A program made the translations under genes and the position numbers. The notes beneath the pieces were generated by a model. It made no database searches. It was given only the letters and a program-made list of their open reading frames with translations, and had not been told where the DNA came from. From an uncultured Chloroflexia bacterium (GTDB lineage: Bacteria > Chloroflexota > Limnocylindria > Limnocylindrales > CSP1-4): a stretch of 64,000 bases of DNA. Location of the stretch: contig CAVXSS010000001.1 of NCBI GenBank assembly GCA_963764515.1, positions 911,373-975,372 of the forward strand, given 5' to 3'. Shown in pieces: positions 1-8,778 of the stretch (position 1 is its first letter; every line of letters begins with the position of its first letter).

Positions 1-165
1 CAGCCGGCGATCCAGACTGGCGTCATCCGAACGGGTGATTTGGCGATCAGAACGCGTGGACGTGCACCGTTTCGGCGATCGGAAACCGATCGTCGTGTAC
101 GTCGGGGCGTCCGGGGCTGTCGGCCATCCAGCTGCGTCGCCGTTGCAGCGCCAGTCTGATCGGTG

Positions 166-948
166 TCAGGACCAGATCTTCGGCTGTCGGATCGATGGTT
201 GTCCGTGTTGGATTGCGACCGGAGGTTGGTGACGGTCGCCCCCAAGAAGATCCGACAGGCCCGGCCCTGGTCTCCGCTCGCTGGGGACGAGTTCGATCGC
301 ACCGATCCGAAGCGCGGAAGCGACGGCCTCGGCGCGGTTCCGGGCGCCGAGCTTCGCGTAGGTGTGAGCCAGGTGGGTCTTCACCGTGTTCTTGGACACA
401 AAGATCTGCCGGGCAATCTCATCGGTCTTGAGACCTGCCGCTGCCAGGGTCAGCACCTCGAGCTCACGGGTCGTCATCGGGTCGAGCTCGGAGTCATGTG
501 TTAGCGGCGGTCTTGTGTCCGCGACCTTCGCGGCCGCTCGGAGTCCGAACGCCACGATCGCCACCAGTGCGCCTTCGAGCAGGTACAGGGCCATTCGGAT
601 GAGGTGTGCAGGGTCCGATAACCACGGGTGTCCCCGCAGCGGCACGAGGAGCCCGGCACCGAGTGCGCAAAGGCCCAGCGTGAGCAGTCCCGCCGAGAAG
701 CCGAGTCCGAGTGAAACCGCCATCACCGGCAGGAGGAGCAGGAGAAACGCGCCGCCGCCGGGCAGGATATCCGCCGTCGAGTCGACAAGACCGACAGCAA
801 CGAACGCCGTTGCGACCGGGAGACCGAAGCGCAGGCTGCCAGCCTGAGGGGACGCGAGTACAAGGCGGGCCACCGCTCGGTGTGTGGCTGATCGCACCAT
901 GCGGGCGTTGGGGACGAACACCCATAGAAGGTTAGGTGGGCCCGCCAT
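166..948 (-). CDS. Membrane-tethered LuxR-family transcriptional regulator (N-terminal multi-TM domain, C-terminal LuxR HTH)
   Basis: C-terminal LuxR HTH (MTTRELEVLTLAAAGLKTDEIARQIFVSKNTVKTHLAHTYAKLGARNR), preceded by about 4 hydrophobic segments resembling DUF4118. No receiver domain. Start uncertain (ATG at 948 or 900). Confidence 0.8.
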   Translation of the reverse strand: MAGPPNLLWVFVPNARMVRSATHRAVARLVLASPQAGSLRFGLPVATAFVAVGLVDSTADILPGGGAFLLLLLPVMAVSLGLGFSAGLLTLGLCALGAGLLVPLRGHPWLSDPAHLIRMALYLLEGALVAIVAFGLRAAAKVADTRPPLTHDSELDPMTTRELEVLTLAAAGLKTDEIARQIFVSKNTVKTHLAHTYAKLGARNRAEAVASALRIGAIELVPSERRPGPGLSDLLGGDRHQPPVAIQHGQPSIRQPKIWS

Positions 949-1257
949 GGCTGTCCACCCAGTCACCCTCGCGGCCCAGATCCGGCGCCCATATCGACCT
1001 GAATCACCCGAAGGGATGACGACCTCACCGTACAAGTTGGGCACGGTAGCAGTCCGTGCGAGCGCGTCCCTGTGCCGGCGGGAGATGGAGGCGCCTATGG
1101 ATACGACCGGCCCTGCTCATTCGAGCCCATACCCGATCATGCGGCTGGCGCGCGTCGTCCCCGAGGAGATGGCCAGCGCTGGCGAGCCTGTGTCGTGGCT
1201 GGCGACGCGGGCCGACGTGCCCCCTGATGTCACCTCTCGCGCACAGGGCTATTGATC

Positions 1258-2154
1258 ATGCGAGCAGTTCTGTTCGAGCGATCCGGTCCCGCGAGTGGGC
1301 TGGTCCTCCGCGACGTTCCGGACCCGACGCCGGAACCGGGCGAGGTGCTCGTCCGAATCCACGCGACGACGGTGACCCAGGGCGATGTCGTACTGCGCAC
1401 GATGCCGGCGTTGCTCGCGCGCCTGTTCCGGATCCGCCGCAAGCGGGTGCTGGGCCACGAGTACGCCGGGGTCGTCGCGGCGATCGGCGCGGACGAGTCC
1501 CACTACCGGCCCGGTGACCGGGTCTTCGGCACGACGACGGGTCTGACATCCGGGGCGCACGCCGAGGCCATCTGCGTCCCGGGGGATGGCGTCATCGCTG
1601 AGATCCCGAACGGCATGAGTTACGAGGAAGTCGCGCCGATCCCGATCGGGTCGTTGACCGCGCTGACGTTGCTCCGTCGTGGCGGCGCCGACCAAGGCGC
1701 GGGCCGGCGGATCCTCGTCTACGGAGCGTCCGGAAGTGTCGGCAGTTACGCGGTGCAACTCGGCGTGCAGCTCGGTGCCCGCGTGACCGGGGTGTCCAGC
1801 ACCGCCAATCTGGACCTCGTACGGTCGCTCGGCGCAGAGCGAGTGATCGACTACACACGAGACGTTGTCCCCGCGGACGCTGGCCGGTTCGACGTGATCG
1901 TCGATGCCGTCGGCAACGGGGCGGCGGGGCGCGCCAAGCGCCTGCTCGCTCCAGGGGGGCGCTTCGTGTCGGTTCGCTCACGCACGAGCGAGAGCGTCGC
2001 CGATCTCTGGCACATCCGCGACCTGCTCGAATCGGGTTCGCTGCGAGCCGTGATCGATCGAACCTACCCGCTCGAGGCCATTCGCGAGGCACACGAATAC
2101 GTCGAGCATGAGCACAAGAAGGGCAATGTGGTGATAACCGTCAGGCCCGACTGA
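1258..2154 (+). CDS. MDR-family NAD(P)-dependent oxidoreductase (alcohol dehydrogenase/quinone reductase-like)
   Basis: GroES-like N-terminus (PEPGEVLVRIHATTV, LGHEYAG), Rossmann motif YGASGSVG, C-terminal KGNVV. Confidence 0.9.
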   Translation: MRAVLFERSGPASGLVLRDVPDPTPEPGEVLVRIHATTVTQGDVVLRTMPALLARLFRIRRKRVLGHEYAGVVAAIGADESHYRPGDRVFGTTTGLTSGAHAEAICVPGDGVIAEIPNGMSYEEVAPIPIGSLTALTLLRRGGADQGAGRRILVYGASGSVGSYAVQLGVQLGARVTGVSSTANLDLVRSLGAERVIDYTRDVVPADAGRFDVIVDAVGNGAAGRAKRLLAPGGRFVSVRSRTSESVADLWHIRDLLESGSLRAVIDRTYPLEAIREAHEYVEHEHKKGNVVITVRPD

Positions 2155-2287
2155 GCCTTTGCGCCCCTGAGCCAACGCCCGAGGTTGGCATGGATCGTGG
2201 GGGATTGGCCATGGCGGCGCGCCCAGACCATTGGGGTGACCTGGGGGCGTAGGCCGATTCGCGCCCCAGATTCGACCAGCCCACCCT

Positions 2288-3202
2288 CTACGCGACCGCC
2301 CAGAGCTCCGATAGCACCTCGGCCTGCTCGAGCACGAGCTCCGTCGCCCGGGCCTGCTTGCCGGGCGGGTAGCGGAGCTGGGCGCGCACGTTGTCGCGGA
2401 CCGTCCAGTCGATGGTCACGTTGGCCCGGACCTGCTCGGTCAGCTCCCGTGCGATGGCCAGGAGCTCGGGCTCGCCCAGCACCGCGACTGCGCTGTCGTT
2501 GGCCTCGAGCGCGCCGTAGAAGGCGAGCTCGTCATCGGTGAGGCCGAGCGCCTCGCCGCGGGCCGACGCCTGGCGGATGTCGCGGGCGAGGGCGATCAGC
2601 TCCTCGATCACCAGGGCCGTTTCGATCGCCCGGTTCTGGTAGCGGCGGAGCGCCTGCTCGAGGAGGTCGGCGAAGGAGCGCGCCTGGACGACGTTCCGCC
2701 GGCTGCGGGACTTGATCTCTCCCGCCAGCAGCTTGCGCAGCAGCTCGACCGCCACGTTGCGTTGCGGGAGTGCCCGGACGTCGGCGAGGAACTCGTCGGA
2801 CAGGATCGAGATGTCCGGCTTGCGCAGGCCGGCCGCGGCGAAGATGTCGATGACCTCGTCCGACACGATCGCCTGGCTCACGATCTGGCGGATCGCGTGG
2901 TCGAGCTGCTCGTCGGTCTTCCTTTCGCCCGCGACGCTCTTGGCGTGCACCGCACGGACGGCCTGGTAGAAGCCGACGTCGTCGCGGATCGCGAGCGCTT
3001 CGTCGGCCGGCACGGACAGGGCGAACGCGGCCGAGAGCTCGGTCACGGCCTGGAGCAGCCGCGGCTTGCCGTCCTCTTGCGCGAGGATGTGCTCCTGCGC
3101 GGCCGGGAGCTGGGCGAGCCGCTCCTCGGCATCCCCGGTCACCCAGGCGCGGTGGTCGAAGCCGTGGAACAGGCCGGCACAGATCTCGTGCTTCTCGAGC
3201 AT
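2288..3202 (-). pseudogene. hsdR: Orphan C-terminal fragment (DUF3387-like) of type I restriction endonuclease subunit R
   Basis: [41 protein letters not shown] and IDWTVR are typical of the HsdR C-terminus. The nuclease and helicase domains are absent, the segment normally between RAQLR and YPP appears deleted, and no hsdM/hsdS is nearby. Confidence 0.75.
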
Positions 3203-3235
3203 CCCCGAGGGCACGGCCCAAGCGGACGACTGGAC

Positions 3236-3805
3236 CTAACCCTGAACGAGCTTCGTGACGAATCCGTCGAGCCAGGTCTTGTCGGCCCCCTGCCCGAGGG
3301 CCCACTGATAGGCAAGGACGGTGGTCGAGAACGCGTCACCGAGACCGCTCTGCTTGTACAGGAGGTAGTCCTGCCAGATGACATTCCCGCACGCATCTGG
3401 CTGGATACCTGGCTGAACGCCTCCACAGTCGGCGAGATTCTGGTCGATCAGGTTCCACCGAGGGACGGTGCTCTCGAACTCCGGATGCCCGTCATAGAGT
3501 GCGTTCTCGGCCGCCGTCAGCGTGTTCCACGCGACCGTGGTCCGCTTCGAGGCGAAGACTTCCGAGAGCGGCTTGATCGCGAGGCTTGGTGACGGGACAG
3601 CTGAGGTTGGTGACGGGCTAGCAGTGGGTACCGATGTTGGCGTCGACGCCGCCGTTGGCCCTATCGTCGGGGACGGACTCGGCGACGCCGCAGCGATGGA
3701 CGCCACAGTGGAGGGCGACGCGGAGGGAGCACTCGCCGGAGTCGACCCACAGCCAGCGAGGACGAATGCGACGGCGAGGACTGCCGTACTACGCGCGAGG
3801 ATCAC
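3236..3805 (-). CDS. Hypothetical lipoprotein with Ser/Pro/Thr-rich linker
   Basis: GTG start at 3805, lipobox LAGC, PST-rich linker, then a small helical domain with two Cys. Confidence 0.7.
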   Translation of the reverse strand: MILARSTAVLAVAFVLAGCGSTPASAPSASPSTVASIAAASPSPSPTIGPTAASTPTSVPTASPSPTSAVPSPSLAIKPLSEVFASKRTTVAWNTLTAAENALYDGHPEFESTVPRWNLIDQNLADCGGVQPGIQPDACGNVIWQDYLLYKQSGLGDAFSTTVLAYQWALGQGADKTWLDGFVTKLVQG

Positions 3806-3997
3806 AGGACCACCCCTCGACGAATCATCCCCCCGCAACGACTCTTGATTGGGAACCAAACCTGGGCCGAGTGTTGGACGCTCCTGGGGCCACCAATGGT
3901 TCGCCTCGGGTGGATCAATTGCGCGGTCGACGAAGGCGTTGCCCTTCGGGGCGACCAGGAGGAGTCTTGGTTCTGGGACGCGATTTCGTTCCACCCG

Positions 3998-4003
3998 TAT
4001 AGT
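3998..4003 (+). promoter_or_regulatory. Putative -10 box (TATAGT) for a leaderless transcript of the copper operon
   Basis: TATAGT lies 7 nt upstream of ATG 4011, which has no SD. Confidence 0.55.
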
Positions 4004-4010
4004 CCGCGCC

Positions 4011-4649
4011 ATGACGTGGCGCCGGCTCGAGTTCCTGACGATGGTCCTCGTAAGCCTCGTCGTAGCCCACAACGTCGTGTTCCTGCTCGCCTATGGTCCG
4101 GGGGCAGACGACGCCTTGGCGCACACGGGACACGGCGAAGAGTGGCAGATGGCGGTTGCCATTGTGCTTTTCGCGGGCGCATGCCTACTCGGGATCACAC
4201 TCTGGCGGCTTCGTCAGCTTGGGCTCCTGACTCGCAATCTCGAAGCCCATGGACACGGGCTCATTCCCAGATCCTCACCGTTCGGGCACGACCTCATCAA
4301 CCTCTGGGCGCGCCTGAGCTCCGTTACCGCACTGGCACTTGTCGTCCAGGAGAACATCGAGCACCTGCAGGCCAACCTGCCCCTACCCGGCCTGACCGTG
4401 CTTGGCTCGAGCGAGTATCCAGACGCGCTGCTCGTCATCGTCGGTATCGCGCTGGCGGTCGCCCTGGTTGCTTCCCTCATTCGATGGCGCCATGCAGTCC
4501 TGATCGCCCGTCTGGCGGCCGCCATCGTTCGGCTGCGCCTGCGACCTGAGGGTCGCCCTCGACGGCCCACTGGACCCGATCTGCGGCCTGGCGCGATCCT
4601 GGGCCGCTCGCTCGCCGTCCGGGGCCCGCCCGTCCTGCCCGTCGCCTAG
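4011..4649 (+). CDS. His-containing multi-pass membrane protein with C-terminal RGPP motif (candidate ribosome-arrest regulatory uORF)
   Basis: About 4 TM segments. His/acidic motifs VAHN, LAHTGH and QENIEH. Basic Pro-rich tail ending RSLAVRGPPVLPVA. First gene of the copper-related operon. Confidence 0.75.
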   Translation: MTWRRLEFLTMVLVSLVVAHNVVFLLAYGPGADDALAHTGHGEEWQMAVAIVLFAGACLLGITLWRLRQLGLLTRNLEAHGHGLIPRSSPFGHDLINLWARLSSVTALALVVQENIEHLQANLPLPGLTVLGSSEYPDALLVIVGIALAVALVASLIRWRHAVLIARLAAAIVRLRLRPEGRPRRPTGPDLRPGAILGRSLAVRGPPVLPVA

Positions 4650-4757
4650 TCCCCGGCACACCACCGCGGTCGACCTCCATGGCCTGGAAGTGCCCCCTGT
4701 GGTGCGCTGCCCCGGTCTTCACGCCCTGGAGCCGGGGGTGTCCATACAGGCAGGAGG
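4631..4757 (+). promoter_or_regulatory. Candidate SD-sequestering mRNA structure between the RGPP gene and the next gene
   Basis: 4631-4642 (CGTCCTGCCCGT) can pair with 4746-4757 (ACAGGCAGGAGG, includes the SD) at 10 of 12 positions. Inner stem CCCCGGC 4651-4657 / GCCGGGG 4731-4737. A second anti-SD, ACCTCC, is at 4673-4678. Confidence 0.5.
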
Positions 4758-4764
4758 TTCCACT

Positions 4765-5493
4765 GTGGTTTCCCGAAGGCGGCTGTGTGCCGTCTCGATC
4801 GCGAGTGCCGGGCTGCTCGCACTGGTCACTACCGGCACCGCGGCCGCTCACGCCGTCGAGCATGCTGGCCCCTACACGATCGAGATCGGCTGGCAGCACG
4901 AGCCGACCTATGTCGGCGAGTCCAACGGCGTCCAGGTCATCGTCACTGATGCCGACAACAAGCCGGTCGTCGACCTCACGGCCGATGATCTCAAGGTGGT
5001 CGTGTCGACCGGCGACGAGCAGAGCCAGGAGCTCACCTTCGACCCCGGCTTTGACCCGGAAGAGATGCAGGGCAATCTCGGCGAGTACGACGCAGCGATC
5101 ATGCCCACCGCGCCCGGCGACTATACGTTCCACGTCACAGGCAGTATCCACGGCACCCCGGTGGACCTGACGGTGGCGTCTGGTGACGAGACGTTCAACA
5201 CGGTCGTCGGGACGAGCGACATCCAGTTCCCGACTACCCTTCCCACCCTCGCCGAGATCGCGACCAGGCTCGATCAGATCGACAGTCGGATTGCGAACGC
5301 ACAGGCGCCGTCCGGTCCGACACAGGCGTCGTTGGACGCCGTAGCGGCCGCAGCGTCTGACGCCCAGGCTGCTGCCGACAGGGCGCTTACGATCGCGGGA
5401 GGCATCGCGATCGTCGGGCTGCTGGTGGGTGCGGCAGGCCTGCTCCTGGCGATCCGGGCCACCCGAGCGTCCCGAACCCCACCTTCCGGATGA
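4765..5493 (+). CDS. Secreted, C-terminally anchored hypothetical protein, mature N-terminal His (candidate Cu-binding)
   Basis: SD AGGAGG before GTG 4765. Signal peptide ending AAA-H (HAVEH), Ig-like core, helical stalk, C-terminal TM plus basic tail. Confidence 0.75.
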   Translation: MVSRRRLCAVSIASAGLLALVTTGTAAAHAVEHAGPYTIEIGWQHEPTYVGESNGVQVIVTDADNKPVVDLTADDLKVVVSTGDEQSQELTFDPGFDPEEMQGNLGEYDAAIMPTAPGDYTFHVTGSIHGTPVDLTVASGDETFNTVVGTSDIQFPTTLPTLAEIATRLDQIDSRIANAQAPSGPTQASLDAVAAAASDAQAAADRALTIAGGIAIVGLLVGAAGLLLAIRATRASRTPPSG

Positions 5494-7469
5494 GCTTGCG
5501 GCGCATCGCCCGCCTCTCGGCGATCCCCGCGATCCTCCTCGGGGGAGCTCTGTTGCTCCCCCGAGGCGTCGTCGCGCACGCCCTCCTTCAGTCATCGGAG
5601 CCGGCGTCCGGGAGCACCGTCGCCGCGGCGCCGTCGGTCGCCGTGATGTCGTTCGGCGAGGCACCCGATCCCAAGCTGAGCTCCGCCCAGGTGCTCGACT
5701 CATCGGGTCGCAACGTCGCCAGCGGTCCAGCCGTCGCCGTGCCGGGTCATCCCGATCAGCTCCAGGTCCCGCTCGGGACGTTGCCGGACGGCGTGTACAC
5801 GGTGGCATGGCGGACCGTATCTACGGTGGACGGGCACACGGTCGCTGGCTCGTTCGCGTTCGGCGTCGGGGTTTCACCCGGTTCGGCAGCCACGGCGACT
5901 GGCGCGACCACGGTAACGAGCTCGTCGGCGTCGCCCGCCGCGACGGTGACGCGCTTCCTCTTCTACGCGGGCCTGATCCTCCTTTTCGGGGCGGGGCTGT
6001 TCGGATCGGTCATCCAACCCGCGCCTCCTCGTTCGATCTTGGTGCTCGCCGCGATCGGCTGGCTAGTCTCCGCAGTCGGCGCCTTCGGTGTCGTGCTGGT
6101 TCAGGCCCTCGACACGGGCGCGGACCTCCCCACATTCCTCCGCAGCGGCGTGGGCCGCGGCGCGGTCATGCGGCTCGCCATCGCCGCGGCCGGCGGGCTT
6201 GCGGTCGCCGTGCTCGCGGCCCGCCGCGGCCATCCCGCCCGCTGGGCCTACGGCGTCGTGGCCGCGGCCGGAGCTGCCGGCATGCTCGTCGATGTCCTCA
6301 ACGGCCATGCCAACGCGAGCGGCGTGACGCTGGTCCAGGTCGGCCTCCAATGGCTGCATATCCTGGCGGTGGGGGTCTGGTTCGGCGGGCTGACGGCCTT
6401 GCTGATCGGCATCCGCGGCTCGCCGGATGCGAGCAAGGCGAGCGCCGCGTGGCGGTTCCGGCGGCTTGCGACGGTCGCCCTGGCGACGGTCGCGATCACG
6501 GGTGCTGTGCGGGCCGTGCAGGAGGTGGGCTCGCTCGATGCCTTCCTCACGACCGACTACGGCCTCGTCCTCGTCGTCAAGAGCTCGGTGCTGCTGCTGC
6601 TCGTCGGGCTGGGCGCGGTGAACCACTTCATGGGGGTCCCGGCAGCGATCCGCAGCCTGCGCGTCCTACGCCGCGTCGGACGGATGGAGGTGGCGTTGGC
6701 CGCGGTCGTCCTGGTTGCCACCGGCCTGCTCGTGAACCTCGTGCCGCCCTCATCGGTGGCGGCGGCCGCGACTCCCCCGCCGTCGCCAGTCACGGCCAGC
6801 GGCAGCGACTTTGGCACCACCGTTCGCGTCAAGCTCGTGGTCACCCCCGGGACGCCCGGGATCAACAGCTTCGAGGTGGCGGTCGTCGACTACGACACCG
6901 GTGAGCCCGTCTCCGCGACGTCGGTGCAGCTCCGGTTCACGTCCGCCTCGTCTTCGGGAATCGGCGGCTCGACGCTGCACCTCGAGCAGCGCGATGTCGG
7001 CGACTTCGAGGCGTCGGGCGGCAACCTCTCGCTCGATGGCATCTGGAAGGTCACCGCCGTGGTCGCCGCGCAAACGGCGACGGTCGAGGTTCCGCTCCCG
7101 ATCGCGACCCAGGTCGCAGAGGTCCAAGTCGACTCGATACCGACGACCGGCGCTCCGACGATCCATACCGCCCACCTGCCGGGTGGCACGACACTTCAGG
7201 TGTACCTCGACCCTGGCAGCCCCGGACCGAACGAGCTCCACTCGACGTTCTTTGACGCGTCGGGTAACGAGCTGCCGGTGCAGACCGCGACCTATCTGCT
7301 CGAGCCGGCAAGCGGACCGGCCGCCGTCGTGGTCCCGCGCCAGTTGGAGCCAGGCCACTTCATCACCGACCTCCAGGTCGCCGGGGACACCCTTGGCGCC
7401 GACGTGGCCGGGCCGTCACCAGACGGCACGATGCTCCACGCCCACTTCGACATCCCCATCCAGCCGTGA
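5490..7469 (+). CDS. CopC-CopD fusion copper resistance/uptake protein (YcnJ/CutJ-like) with extra C-terminal Ig-like domains
   Basis: CopC signature: His after the signal peptide (AHALLQSSEP) and YTVAWRTVSTVDGH. CopD TM region with GHANASG and WLHILAVGVWFGGL. Two C-terminal YtkA-like domains. Confidence 0.9.
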   Translation: MSLRRIARLSAIPAILLGGALLLPRGVVAHALLQSSEPASGSTVAAAPSVAVMSFGEAPDPKLSSAQVLDSSGRNVASGPAVAVPGHPDQLQVPLGTLPDGVYTVAWRTVSTVDGHTVAGSFAFGVGVSPGSAATATGATTVTSSSASPAATVTRFLFYAGLILLFGAGLFGSVIQPAPPRSILVLAAIGWLVSAVGAFGVVLVQALDTGADLPTFLRSGVGRGAVMRLAIAAAGGLAVAVLAARRGHPARWAYGVVAAAGAAGMLVDVLNGHANASGVTLVQVGLQWLHILAVGVWFGGLTALLIGIRGSPDASKASAAWRFRRLATVALATVAITGAVRAVQEVGSLDAFLTTDYGLVLVVKSSVLLLLVGLGAVNHFMGVPAAIRSLRVLRRVGRMEVALAAVVLVATGLLVNLVPPSSVAAAATPPPSPVTASGSDFGTTVRVKLVVTPGTPGINSFEVAVVDYDTGEPVSATSVQLRFTSASSSGIGGSTLHLEQRDVGDFEASGGNLSLDGIWKVTAVVAAQTATVEVPLPIATQVAEVQVDSIPTTGAPTIHTAHLPGGTTLQVYLDPGSPGPNELHSTFFDASGNELPVQTATYLLEPASGPAAVVVPRQLEPGHFITDLQVAGDTLGADVAGPSPDGTMLHAHFDIPIQP

Positions 7470-7476
7470 GGCCGTC

Positions 7477-7968
7477 ATGAGTCAACGCCGCCCCTCCTGT
7501 GCCAGCTCCCTGACGTTGCTCTTGATGGCCGTGTCAATGGCCGTCGCCGCATGCGGCGGCTCCCCGGCCGCACCATCGTCGAACGTCGGGCCGTCGGCGA
7601 GCGTGGAGGCATCCGGCGGGGTCAAACCGGGGTCGGCCACGCCCGCGGGTCGGCCATCGTCGCCCGCAGTGGTCAAGATCGACCAGCCCACGTCCGGCGC
7701 TACGGTCAAGGGATCGACCGTGCACATCGTGCTCTCGCTCACCGGCGCCACGATCGTGGCTGCGACGACCATGAACATCCGGCCCGACGAGGGTCACGTG
7801 CATCTGTATGTCGATAACGTGCTTGTCTCAATGAACTACGCGCTCGAGGAGGACTTGCCCGTCCACGCAGGCACCTACGTGATCAAGGCTGAATTCGTCG
7901 CCTCCGACCATGCCCCGTTCAACCCCCGGGTGTGGTCGCAGGAAGTGTTCTTTACGGTCACCCAGTGA
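7477..7968 (+). CDS. His-triad lipoprotein (DUF4399-like Ig domain)
   Basis: Lipobox VAAC, PST linker, GHVHLYVD and DHAP motifs. Confidence 0.7.
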   Translation: MSQRRPSCASSLTLLLMAVSMAVAACGGSPAAPSSNVGPSASVEASGGVKPGSATPAGRPSSPAVVKIDQPTSGATVKGSTVHIVLSLTGATIVAATTMNIRPDEGHVHLYVDNVLVSMNYALEEDLPVHAGTYVIKAEFVASDHAPFNPRVWSQEVFFTVTQ

Positions 7969-8732
7969 GTGTCGGGCGGGCGGGCGTCGGATCGCTGATG
8001 GCTGGGCTGGCCGTCATCGCGATGGTCCAACTGCTGATGCCTGTCCGCCAGCCGCCCGTCTACGACGGCGTGGTCGTGGAAGAGCCGTACCGCTTCGCGA
8101 ATCCGGCCGGAACCGAGGCCGGCAACCCCACTTCGTACACGGGCAGCGAGCCGGTCACTGGCACCCAGAGTCCCGCCTTTGCGGCGACCACGGGCGAGAG
8201 CCCGCCGCAGGCCCAGGTGATCGCGCAGACAGGTGCGTTCGCGATCACGGGCGACATCACCGAGCTGCGCGTCTCGATCACCCCGGCGGCACCGGATCCA
8301 CCCGACTCGGTGACCGGCAACGCGTACCGATTCGACGTCACCAAGCCCGATGGGACGGCGGTCACGATCCAAGACAGTTCGTTCGTGACGCTTGTGCTCC
8401 GGGCTCCCACCGGCACCACCGACGTCACGATCGTGAGGCTCGATGGCGGGGCATGGCAGCCCGTGCCGACGATGAGCAGCGGCCAGCCGGACGCCTATCT
8501 CGCAAACGTCGACGCGCTGGGGGTGTTGGCGATCCACGGGACGCCAGCCTCCACGGCAATCGAACCGAGCCCGTGGGCCAAGGTCATCGGGATCGTCATG
8601 GCGGCCCTGTTCGTCGTGGTGGCGGGCTCGCTGCTCTGGCCGCGCCGGCACCCACGCTCGCCGACGGCCGATGGTCAGCCCAGGACCGCCAGCCGCAAAC
8701 GCAGCCGCTCACGCCGAGATACCCGTCGATGA
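7965..8732 (+). CDS. Hypothetical membrane-anchored surface protein, paralog A
   Basis: GTGA overlap with the upstream stop. N-terminal hydrophobic segment, PPVYDG..EPY, PQAQV, GNAYRF, C-terminal TM plus basic tail. Clear paralog of 10802-11659. Confidence 0.75.
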   Translation: MSVGRAGVGSLMAGLAVIAMVQLLMPVRQPPVYDGVVVEEPYRFANPAGTEAGNPTSYTGSEPVTGTQSPAFAATTGESPPQAQVIAQTGAFAITGDITELRVSITPAAPDPPDSVTGNAYRFDVTKPDGTAVTIQDSSFVTLVLRAPTGTTDVTIVRLDGGAWQPVPTMSSGQPDAYLANVDALGVLAIHGTPASTAIEPSPWAKVIGIVMAALFVVVAGSLLWPRRHPRSPTADGQPRTASRKRSRSRRDTRR

Positions 8733-8778
8733 GGCGACGGACCGCCTCTCACCTGCACCCAACGCAAATGAGGACGCC

